Both the position numbers and the translations under genes were made by a program. Below are positions 13,801 to 25,800 of a DNA stretch of 64,000 bases, piece by piece. The stretch lies in assembly GCA_002633005.1 (NCBI GenBank), contig NMRA01000035.1, forward strand, positions 62,001 to 126,000, given 5' to 3'. The notes beneath the pieces were generated by a model. That model was not told the origin of the DNA. It made no database searches and saw nothing but the letters and a program-made list of their open reading frames with translations. The DNA is from Phoronis australis. Taxonomy: Eukaryota; Animalia; Phoronida. Within the stretch, counting starts at the first letter, position 1. Every line of letters starts with the position of its first letter.

Positions 13801-16800
13801 CCCTCCCCTGCCATCTTGTCTAAGTTTCCAGGTCAACACACAAGCCACCCAAGATAGGTAATTGCAAATAAGAAGCTCAGTCATAATTATGAACAGCGTT
13901 AGTCAAACAAAGATTGAATGATAAATGACGCTTTGTGTGCCAATGAATAACTTTCGCAGTTTACTATTCACAAAGCCACAACTTTATCGACAAAAATGTT
14001 GTGATAATTTCCAAACAATGATCAGTTTCACAAATAACAATAATATATGTCGGTACAACAAGAAAGGAGTGCAGATGAGAAAGACGGGAGGTGTCGTGGG
14101 CATATTGACATAAACAAAAGGTCAACAAGTGTCAGGAATCTACCTTTGGCTTCCGCGGAGGGTGAAGGGGGAGGCGTCCGAATGACGTCGCAGTCGAATT
14201 CAGAATCTGAAAGCAGCAGAGTCTAAGCATTTCAAATTGCTTTTCAGATGAAGAAAATAAATAGAATTTTGTCACTGCAGGATTCCGAAAGCTGAAGTTG
14301 TCTTAGCAATGCAAAGGATGTGATAAAAAGCTCGCCTCAATAACCTTAAATAGAAGGTGACATGAAATCTTTGTTTTATTAATTAAAACATGAACTACCT
14401 CACGACATAGCTTCAAAAAACTTCTGGAAATAAAAGAACACCATCATCAGCAAACAAACTCTACTGTCCACAACAGAACGAATAGGGTTAAGGTCAGTTT
14501 TTGTCAGAGAAAAGAGAAAAGTAGGAACGAAGAGGACAAATTAGACAATAAAGAGATAAAGAGAAGTTGTATGAGATTGATGTTGCGAGCAGGCGCTCAA
14601 ATGGGTTCAGAAATCAGAGGCAGTGAAATGAAAAAGGTCAATCAAAAGTGCACGCAAAGGCTTAGACAACACTAATATAGTGCATCAGACACATAGCAAT
14701 GGACATGCACAAGGATCAGGCATGTACCTTCCGGGCTCCTGTCCTCTGCTGGCTCCTCCTGTTGATCAACTTGTGAACTATCCATGAAATCCCGCTGCGC
14801 TTCAGTCGGCGTCGTCTCAACATCCTCAGTGAATTCTTCTCGTCTGTAGTCTTCTTGTGAAAACTGTGGCTCATCTCGAGGGGACTCCTGTTCGTAGGTT
14901 ACCGTCTCAGTCATGGTCTCATCTACCTGTTCTTCAAAGGTTCTGGTTGCAGGCTCAGGCTCTGGCTCAACCTCTTGCTCAGAGGTCTCTTGCTCCAGCT
15001 CAGGTCCTGGCTCATAAGACTGTGTAAAGTCCTCTGTCTCTACTTGATCTTCGAATGTTTCCTCATACACGGCTGGCTCAGTTGGTTCAGTAACTTCAAC
15101 GCTGATTTGTTTGGCCACGTAGCCACTTTCCTCAAAGTCTTCCTGCTCCGCCATCGGGGGAGGACACGACTCTACTGCCACAGCCTGCTGCTGCAGGACA
15201 AACTCTGAATCCTCCTCAGGCTCTTGGTCTGGGAAACGGCTCGACTCCACACCCATGTCTTCGACTCGGGAAACAAAGTCGTCACTTCGTCTGTCTTGGT
15301 GAGACTGTCCGACATCTTCCTCAACTATCTCATCTCCTAAAAGTTAGTCAACAACGGCACTCTGTTAAAAACACACAAATATAACAACAACAGGCTTCTG
15401 CGTGACAATGTCAAACACACCAGATAACACGTTACTTGCAAACCAATCACTGTTACAATTAGTCAATTACATTTAGTAATAAAACACGCTGTAATTATGA
15501 GTCAATACTGCAGTATACGAAACTTTCATGGCAAAAACTTTCATTTAATTGAATACTCATTTTATAACATACAAGTCATAAGCACAATTCAGTAGATGTT
15601 AGTGGACTGACTACCAGTAGGGATAGCAATGTTATGTAATGGCTAGGCCTCTAGTAAGTCACAAAGGTTGTTCAGCATTATTTTTGCAATGACAGTTTCT
15701 AGAACAAGAACAGTACAGTTTTACTAATGCATATGACAGACTATAACTGATGAATCAGTCAAGTACACTTAGTAAATAAGCTTAAGTATAAGTCAATACT
15801 GCAAACACATTGTGAAGAAGCGGTATAAGAAACTTTCATGGCAAAAACATAAGTGAATTGAACATTAGTTTCACAACACAAATCAAAAAAAAAAATTCAG
15901 TAGATGTTAGTAAACTGACTACTAATAGAGAGAATACCGTAATGTAATGACTAGGCCTCTACGTAAGTAACATATTTGTTAAGCATTGGCATTGCCATGA
16001 TAGTTCCCTGAACAAAAACAGCACAATTTTACTATCACATGCCTACGACTAATAAGTGACGATTTGGACCATTTAAGTTTAAGCAGTGTACACAACACGA
16101 TCATTATCCAAGTAATGACTGAGAGGCAAACATCGTGCGGGCCTAGCGATCAGCATGCGATCATTGCTTTGGGACCTGTATGGCCAATCAAAAAGCAAAA
16201 ACCAATATTAATTTACAAATTGTTAAACAAAACAAATGTGTGAATCAATTGCCAATTCAGAAAATACTCGCTACAACAAAAGTTTCAAACCAAACACCAG
16301 GAGCAGTAGTGAGGATGGAGAGTTGGATAATTCTTCAAAAATTGTTGGCCACAAGTTCAGTACCTTGCATATGTTCCGTGTACTTGCCAGGAAATTGACA
16401 GGAGTCAACTCGTATAAAGATGTTAATGGGTTAGTGTAAAAATTTGTGTGACTACCGTTCTAGGTGAAAAGAAGCTTGTTATTTGGGATAAAACATGTAT
16501 TTCTCATGCAAGGAAATGCTAATTCATGGAGAACCATGCAAGGTGAAAGAAATCTTCATTTGTTGAGAAGGCAGTGTGGCCTGTTTGTTAAGTGCTCACT
16601 TTCTTTACTCCAGGTCGTGGGTTAAAGTCCCACCAGGTCACACTGCTAAACCCTTGAGCCAGGTTTCTAGCTCCTCAGCTCGGTTTTAACCATATATCAA
16701 TAAAGCATAAAAATATTTTCAGGTGATCCGTGCAATGGGCCCACATGCGAGGCCTGCGCACGTCTGGTACAATGTGTATCAGACCGCCTGTAATTATTTT

Positions 16801-19800
16801 AATATTAAAGTGCACTCACGAGCAATAATGTGAATGACTATCGCAGAATCAGAGAGAGGGCGCTGTGGTGTTCCAGGAAGTGGACATTGTTAGTGCTTAT
16901 GTAAACACAGAGTGTAGGGTTACCCCAGGGTTTGGTATACATGCAAAATAAGACAAACAGAGAAAAGGAAGAAAATGTTAAACTGCAAAACAAAGGAACA
17001 CGCAGAGTGAACAAACCAAAACTACTGATAGAGGACATTCACGTGATTTTCACTGCTGTGCAGCTAACCTGACTCGTCCTGTTTGTTACTAGGGATAGGG
17101 GGAGCAGAATGGTCAAGCAGAGCTACGAAATCTGAGTAGGCCGCCTTTTTGTCTGCAGCCAAGGCCTCCTGCTCTTCCTCAGTTGGTGCGGGGCATGGCT
17201 TCCGCCTGTCATCTATGAGGGCGGAAAGGTCCTCTTCTTGAACTGAGTGCAGAGACTGGGTGTCTTCTTTGTCTGCTTTAAGAAACGGTTGAGTACATTT
17301 GAATGAACGACCAAATCACTGGAATATCTGACAAGACCTGCAAGTCATCATTGCATTGCCCATCGACTTTTCTCTAAACAACATCAAACGGTACACCTGT
17401 CCAATAAAAATGCTCATATTTTTGAGAATCGATATGTTTCCACCATTTAAGCAAAAAAGCAGGGAATAACATTATGAAGGTGAAGATTTCCTTGTACTTA
17501 AATGTGAACTTTGTAAAGCGAAAAATAGCAACAACTCAGCGAAGCCACAATGACACAATCGTTATACACTGTCTGGCAATTTAGGAAGTTGTAAATCTGA
17601 AAGAAAGAGTAATGACATGCATGAAAACACAGGGCCCGTGATCAAAAGATGTACAAGGTGTTGTAGTTGATGAGAAATTAATATCCCAACAGGCAAGGCA
17701 ATACTCCAAGTAACAGTGATACATTATAATAGGAAATGGTACACAGATTGAATGATATCCTTCAGTGCCTTCAAAATCCTTACAATTCAAAACTTATTAC
17801 ACCAATGACTACATCAAGACAATGGGGCTCTGCATTTCCATTCAGTCTATGTGGGTAAAACTAATCAAATGGCATACACTCAGCATCATCCTCAGGCTCT
17901 TGCTCTGGAAGGAAACGGCTCGACTCCACATCCATGTTTTCAACTCGGGAAACAAAGTCATCACTTCGTCTGTTTTGGTGAGACTGTCCGACATCTTCCT
18001 CGTCTATCTCATCTCCTACAAAAGTTAGCCAACAATGGCCCTCTCTTATAAAACATGCAAATATATCAACAACAGGACACCACTAACACGTTATTTGTAA
18101 AACAACCAATACTACAATTAGCCAAGTTCATTTAGAAGCAAAACAGGCAGTAATTATGAGTCAACGCTGAAAGCATATTACGAAGAAGCAAAAATCAGAA
18201 AACATATTTCATGACAAAAACTTTTAAGTGAATTGATACTAATTTTAAAACATATCGATCAAAAGCAAAATTCAGATGTTATTTAGCACACTAACTACCG
18301 GTAGGGAGAATAACGTTATGTAAGGACTTGACCTCTAGGTAAATAACAAAGCTTAGCATTGGTATTGCAAAAGTTTCTGGAACAAAAACAGCACAAATTG
18401 GACCATTTTAAAGTTTAAGCGGTGCACAAAACAATCACTATCAAAGTGACTGAGAGACAAACATCATGGGGGCCTAGAAATCACTATGTGATCAATACTT
18501 CGGATCTGTTTGGCCAATCAAGAAGCAAAAATTTATACTAAAATTGGTAAACAAAACAGATGTGTGAACAAATCATGTATTCCGAAAATGCTAATTACAA
18601 CAAAACCTTCAAAGCAACACCATGAGCAGCGGTAAGGTAGGGTGGGTGGTTGGATAAAGGTTCAAAGAGTTGTCCACAAGTTATGTACCTGGCTTATTTT
18701 TAGTGTATTTGTCAGGAAGTGGCCAAAGGTTAACTTGCTTCATGTTGTTAATGTAAGGATCATCTAAAAGTTTGTGTGACTAGCAATATGGGTCACAAGG
18801 AGCTTGCTATTTGAGATAAAACATGAATTTTATGTAAGGAAATGCCAGTTGATGAAGATCCATGCAAGGAGACAGAAATCTTCACAAGTTCGATGTGGTG
18901 GACCACTGTAAAGACCCCGCAGGGATTAGCAGTTCATACCCCATAATGTGCAATGATCTCCCGGAAAAAAGATATGAGCCACGCATATTGGACTCGTACC
19001 ATGCATACTTTCAGTGCAGATACTACACACAATGAATGAACTAAAATCGAGAACTGACATGTTGTATCGGGTACACGGTCGTCCTAAGATGGGTGCGGCT
19101 AAAGAAAACTCTCCGCATAACTACTACCTATGCAGCTATTAGCAACTAGAAAAAATAGTGCTGAGCAGTGCATACGCAAAGTATCAGCATGATTCATTAT
19201 TTGTATGCTAGGTGCCCGTTAAAGCCAATAAAAACTAGAAATTTTGACCATATGACTGCGTATTAAAACATTTAAGGACTTGAAACAATTGCAGCATGAC
19301 CTTAAATAAATGTAAAGAACATGCAAACAAACTTAAAAAAGAGATTTGAATTTAATTTAATACAGTGATAGGTTTTTGCAGAAATTCCAACAGTGCGAAT
19401 TCAACTCTCCTTTCTGCATAGGTAGAAAAACGCATTATATGATTGGCCTTGACCTTAGTTTTCAAAATGAAGGAAAGCTAAAACATTTCTGAGCCGAGTC
19501 AGTCAAGTGAAGAATCATTCATCATTCACTGCACAGTTTTCAATTTTTTGACGCCAGCATTACTACGTGTTGTGTTTTGAGTAGTAGCAACTCAAAACAC
19601 AACGACTAGTAAGATTTTATTGGGATGAGACTGACACATGTCAAAATAATTTCCATGCAAAACAGCGATTAGCAAATGTGTAGAAGTGTGGCCACTACTG
19701 CCCTCACATGTTGTAATGTGGGTAAATATCAGAGAATCAACAGAGGGCGCTGTGGTGTTTCAGGAAGTGGATATTGTTAGTGCCTTACTGTAAACACAGA

Positions 19801-22800
19801 GTGTAGGGTTACCCATGGGTTTGGTATACATGCAAAATAAGACAAACACAGAAAAGGAGGAATGTGTTAAACTGCAAAACAAAAGAACACGCAGAGAGGG
19901 CAAACACTACTGATAGAGGACATTCACGTGATTTTCACTGCTGTGCAGCTAACCTGACTCGTCCTGTTTGTTACTAGGGATAGGGGGAGCAGAATGGTCA
20001 AGCAGATCTACGAAATCTGAGTAGGCCGCCTTTTTGTCTGCAGCCAAGGCCTCCTGCTCTTCCTCAGTTGGTGCGGGGCATGGCTTCCGCCTGTCATCTA
20101 TGAGAGCGGAAAGATCGTCTTCTTGAACTGAGTGCATAGACTGGGTATCCTCTTTGTCTGCTTTAAGAAACGGTTAGGTAGATTTGAATGAACGACCAAA
20201 TCATTGGAATACTTGACAAGACCTGCAAGTCATAATTGCATTGCCCGTCGACTTTTCTCTAAACAACATAAAACGGTACACCTGCCCAATAAAAATGCTC
20301 ATTTTTTGATAATTGATAAGATCCCACCAATTAAGCAAAAAATCAGGGAATAACACTGTGAAGGTGAACATTTCCTTGTACATAAATGTGAACTTGTGAA
20401 CTTTGGAAAGTTAAAATAGCAACAACTCAGCGAAGCCACAATGACACAATCGTTATACACTGTCTGGCAATTTAGGAAGTTGTAAATCTGAAAGAGAGAG
20501 TCATGAAATGCATGAACACACAGAGCCCGTGATCAAAAGATGTAGAAGGTGTTGTAGTTGAGGAGAAATTGATAACCCAACAGCCAAGGCAATACTCCCA
20601 GTAACACTGATACATTATAACAGGAAATGGTGCACAGATTGAATGATATCCTTCAGTGTCTCCATGAACTTCAAAATCCTTAAAATTCAAAACTTATTAC
20701 ACCAATGACTACATCAAGACAATGGGGCTCTGCATTTCCATTCAGTCTGTGTGGGTAAAACTAATCAAATGGCATACACTCAGCATCATCCTCAGGCTCT
20801 TGCTCTGGAAGGAAACGGCTCGACTCCACATCCATGTTTTCAACTCGGGAAACAAAGTCATCACTTCGTCTGTCTTGGTGAGACTGTCCGACATCTTCCT
20901 CGTCTATCTCATCTCCTACAAAAGTTAGCCAACAATGGCGCTCTCTTAAAAAACATGCAAATATATCAACAAGACACCACTAACACGTTATTTGAAAAAC
21001 AACCAATACTACAATTAGGCAAGTTCATTTAGAAGCAAAACAGGCTGTAATTATGAGTCAACGCTGAAAGCATATTACAAAGAAGCAAAATAAGAAAATA
21101 TATTTCATGGCAAAAACTTTATTAAGTGAACTGAATACTAATTTTACAACATATAAATGAAAAAATTGTTAGCACAATTCAATAGATGTTAGCAGACTAA
21201 CTACAGGTAAGGAGAATAATTTTATGGCAAATGACAAAGTTTAGCATTGGTATTGTAATAGGTTCCCCGAACAAAAACAGCACAAATTGGACCATTTTAT
21301 AGTTTAAGCAGTGTACACAAAACTACAATTATCCAAGCAGTGACTAAGAGACAAACATCGTGGAGACCTAGCGATCACTATGTGATCAATACTTCGGATC
21401 TGTGTAGCCAATCAAAAAAGCAAAAAATTTGCAAACAAAACAAATGTGTGAACAAATCATCAATTCAGAAAATGCTAGCTACCACAAAACGCTCAAACCA
21501 ACACCATGAGCAACAGTAAGGTAGGGTGGTTGGTGGGATAAAGGCTTAAAAGAGTTGCCCACAAGTTTTGTACCTGGCTTATTTTTAGTGTATTTGCCAG
21601 GAAAAGGCCAAAGGTTAACTTGCTTCACGTTGTTAATGTAAGGATCATCTAAAAGTTTGTGTGACTACCCATCTAGGTGAAAAGAAGCTTGTTATTTGAG
21701 ATAAAACATGAATTTTATGTAAGGAAATGTCAGTTGACAGAGATCCGTGCAAGGTAACAGAAATCTTCATAAGTTCGATGTGGTGGACCACTGTAAAGGC
21801 CCCGTCACACATCAGTGTATTCTAACTCTTTGCGAGTTGCCCACTGACATTTCTTTCATATTACGTAGGTGTACACGCAACATGCATCCCCGGTTCATCT
21901 CTTGTGTAAGTTCAATGTTCCCCGCCATGAGCACTGTACCGTCCACTATGCTCTGTGGTTTTGGGTGTCAATAAAACTATGATGCGTATGTTGCAACGCA
22001 AATCATGAGTTGTGAACATGCAGTGTATCAGTCGTGTTGTGTTTGAGTTGTGGCAACTCAAAACACAACTAGTAAGATCTTATTGGCATGAGAATGACAC
22101 ATAGCAAAGTAATTTCCATGCAAAACAGTGATTAGCAAATGTGTACAACTGTGGCCACTACTGCCCACGCACGTTGTAATGTGGGTAAATATCAGAGAAT
22201 CAAGAGAGGGTGCTGTGGTGTTCCAGGAAGTGGATATTGTTAGTGCCTTACTGTAAACACAGAGTGTAGGGTTACCCATGGGTTTGGTATACATGCAAAA
22301 TGAGACAGAGTAAAGGAATGTGTTAAAAGTCCTAAACAAAGGAACACAAAGAGAGAGCAAACGACCACTACTGATAGAGGACATTCACGTGATTTTCACT
22401 GCTGTGCAGCTAACCTGACTCGTCCTGTTTGTTACTAGGGATAGGTGGGACAGAATGGTCAAGCAGAGCTATGAAATCTGAATAGGCCGCCTTTTTGTCT
22501 GCGGCCAAGGCCTCCTGCTCTTCCTCAGTTGGTGCGGGGCGTGGCTTCCGCCTGTCATCTATGAGGGCGGAAAGGTCCTCTTCTTGAACTGAGTGCAGAG
22601 ACTGGGTGTCCTCTTTGTCTGCTTTAAGAAACGGTTGAGTACATTTGAATGAATGACTAAGTCAGTAGGAGAATACTTGACAAGACCTGCAAGTCAACAT
22701 AGCATTACCCGTTGACTTTTCTCTAAACAGTATAAAAAGGCACATTAAATAAAATACCAGATATTACGTACAGGTGAATGGACATGGTTCTTCATTTGAA

Positions 22801-25800
22801 GCATGAGTGCTGCTCTTTTGTCAATAATGTAGAAAATTCTGCTCCAGAGAAACCAAGACAAGAACGCTGTGAAGCTGAAGATTTTCACATAACTATGATC
22901 ACAGCAGCAACAAGAGCAACAATATTGTCTGCTAAGCCACAACATGATCAATATTACATTAATTGGATATTCAGAAATTTGTAAACCTGAAAGAAAGACT
23001 GGTAAAATGTATGAAAACACAGAGCCATTAATTACAAGATGAATAAGGTGTTGTAGTTGTTGAGAAATTAATATCACAACACACCCACCAAGATGAATAC
23101 TGTGGAACATCAAGGACTGGTTTATGAACCAAACAATATACTTCAGTGTGTTAATGAACTTCAGAATGCTAACAACTCAAAATTAATTACACCAATTGCT
23201 GAATCAAGACAAAAGTTTGTGTATTTCCTTTCAATCTGTACGAATTAAACTAAATAAATAGCATACAAATCATCACAAATATGAAATTATAGCAAGAACG
23301 AAACAGAAATAGACAGATATGAAATGAAAATTATGAAAAGGATAAAACAAGAATGAAGATGATGACTCCAGACGCCACTTCTACTAGGCTGAATTTGTTA
23401 GCTAAATGCTTCCCGATTACTGTAACCGAGGTCCTGGTAACCTTGGCGACGGTAACCGTAGTTACCACACGCAAACCAAACAGAGTTTAAAACCAAACTA
23501 AACTACATGCGACTACAACTACGCAATGGAAAATAATTAATAGTCAATTCACACATCAACAACAAGAACATACCCCACGCACAATGACAATGAACTAAAC
23601 ACATAAAATTCTGCCAAGTATTTCGAACAAAATCCAACAAATATTAAACAGAAGTTTAAGATTAAAATGGAACACAGTACCAAGTTGAACTTAAATAGCA
23701 AGTAAATTATATAAAATGTAAACAATAATTGTGCGATGTCTGAAAAATAGTCTAGCAACAGCCAGAGTGACGGGCTCACTTACCCACTCTGCGAACTAAG
23801 AGCGAGTCTTCATCATGTGACTCACGATCTTCCTCGGATTCTTCCTCAGCAGCAGACTCGGACTCCTGCATGAAAACAAGGTGACACGGAAAATAACAAA
23901 AAAATCCAACAAGCAAAACTTAAGAAAGAAGAACTAACTGACATTGTCCACACTTCACATTTTTTCCAAACTGTTATGGAACGTTTGCAATTCTGAAAAT
24001 CATTCACCAGCTCGCAATTTGAAAAAAGATTGCCAAGCAAACATGCAGTTCTGTGAACTTTGAAGCGATAGTTGATAGAATTTGCAAGTGACGCAACAGA
24101 GACGAAGCCTAAATGAGTGCACTTAGTAAAGCCAGCAAGAGATGTGATACAATGCGCTGGTGACAATGCATGTGCAATGACTGACTGGAACATGCAAAAA
24201 AGCGTGCTTTAACCAGGGTATAGGATTTACAGTGCATTAGCAGCCACCAAAAGATTTGAGGAACCTTTATTAAGTGTATTTTCAAACCTATGAAAGGAAT
24301 TGTGAAGAGTGCCTCTTAAATAAAGAAATATCAACTATCCATGATATTAAGAAATAAATGGCACAATTATAAATTACTTATATCGGTATTATGAAATAAA
24401 TGGCACAATTATAAATTACTTATATCGGTATTACGAAATAAATGGCACAATTATAAATTACTTATATCAGTATTATGAAATAAATGGCACAATTATAAAT
24501 TATTTATATCGGTATTACGAAATAAATGGCACCATTACTAATAATGCAATCGTAACTTTTCAACAGTCTTTCATCAAACAAATTCCAACAATAACTCTGT
24601 GTACAGATGAAGTGAAAAAAATCAGCAAAACAAGGACGTCGAAACAGTAAGTATAAGATTGTGCTACCGTGACAAGACAATTTTGAGACTGGAATAAATC
24701 GGAGGTCTATTTGAAGATAAGTTGTTTCAGAACAACTATCTCTAATACATGAAAAAATAGAGCCGAGCAGAATTGTACCGTAACATAACTTTAAAGGTCC
24801 CTTTTCAACATATTTGTGAAAACATTTTGATTTGAACATCACAAACGTACTTTTAAAATCTACACTCAGTGTGCAGCCTTAGGCATCAAAAATGGACAAA
24901 CTATTCACTCATTGCGTTGGAAAAGGCTTGTCATTGCTTTCCGATGATACGAAGCTAAATGACTAAACCACTCACCAGACTCTCAATGCTTTTTAGTAAG
25001 TGATTCAGCCATTTGACATCATTCACTCATTGGCCAAAATCCCTGATGTCATGAACAGAGTTAAAGAGAGGAACAAAAAATTTCTCTCATTTTCTTTGAA
25101 GTGATGATGGTCTACCTATATTCACTGGCATCCAGGCTACATATTTGACCTTGACCTTGATACATCTTCCAATGAATAGACTTACACACATGGACCCTAA
25201 CTTTCCTAAAATTTGGTTAGCATGAAAAGTACTGCTCTCCAGTTTAACTGGCAGCAAACATTTTGAAGACACTTTACAACTAATGGGACAGAAACTACGT
25301 TTACAGTAACATGTCTTAGTAAGAAGACCAAACCATACCAAACTTCCTCAAATTTAAGAGCTTGCAAAAACCATACACGTATACTTTGGAAACGTAGGTG
25401 CACTATTAATAATACAGTAGCTATCCGCATGTTTAAATGCTCGGATAAACCTCAATATTTCATGTTAAGTATTATGATTACACAAACTTCAGCCTCCGCG
25501 TGTTAAAGTGAGAATTGATTTTTTTGAAAATTGAGAAGACGAAATTCATATTAGGGAAGTACAGTTACAAATTGTCATGCACCTCAAATGTTGCAATAGT
25601 TATGTGAAACACATACGTACTGTATTGTTTTTACGGAATGTATTTCAGAGAGCTGAAATTCTTTCTTGATGGCATTCACGGCCTTGGGAACTTTGCAAGA
25701 ACTTAACGTCCAGATTGTATAATATGAAGGTGAGTGTATTACCAACATGAATATCAAAAAGTGAAAACCTTTTAAAAATTTGGAAAGGCCTTAATTAAAA

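Larger units (their letters stand above)
15200..23266. repeat. Intragenic tandem triplication, units of about 2.5-2.9 kb (approximately 15200-17877, 17878-20777, 20778-23266)
   Basis: Near-identical exon A, exon B 5' part and intron sequence occur three times. ORFs 17851 and 20751 are offset by exactly 2900 nt. Confidence 0.93.

Noticed and set aside
15337-15361. Upstream aacag acceptor for exon B at 15361
   Set aside because: Gives a TGA stop within four codons in phase 1. The ttttag acceptor at 15336 keeps the frame.
17765-21032. Duplicated plus-strand ORFs (MGLCISIQS..., MGKTNQMAY...)
   Set aside because: Antisense readings of the duplicated exon-B fragments.
24351-24533. 42-bp repeat array as a CRISPR array
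   Set aside because: Head-to-tail repeats with no unique spacers, no cas genes, and a eukaryotic intron context.
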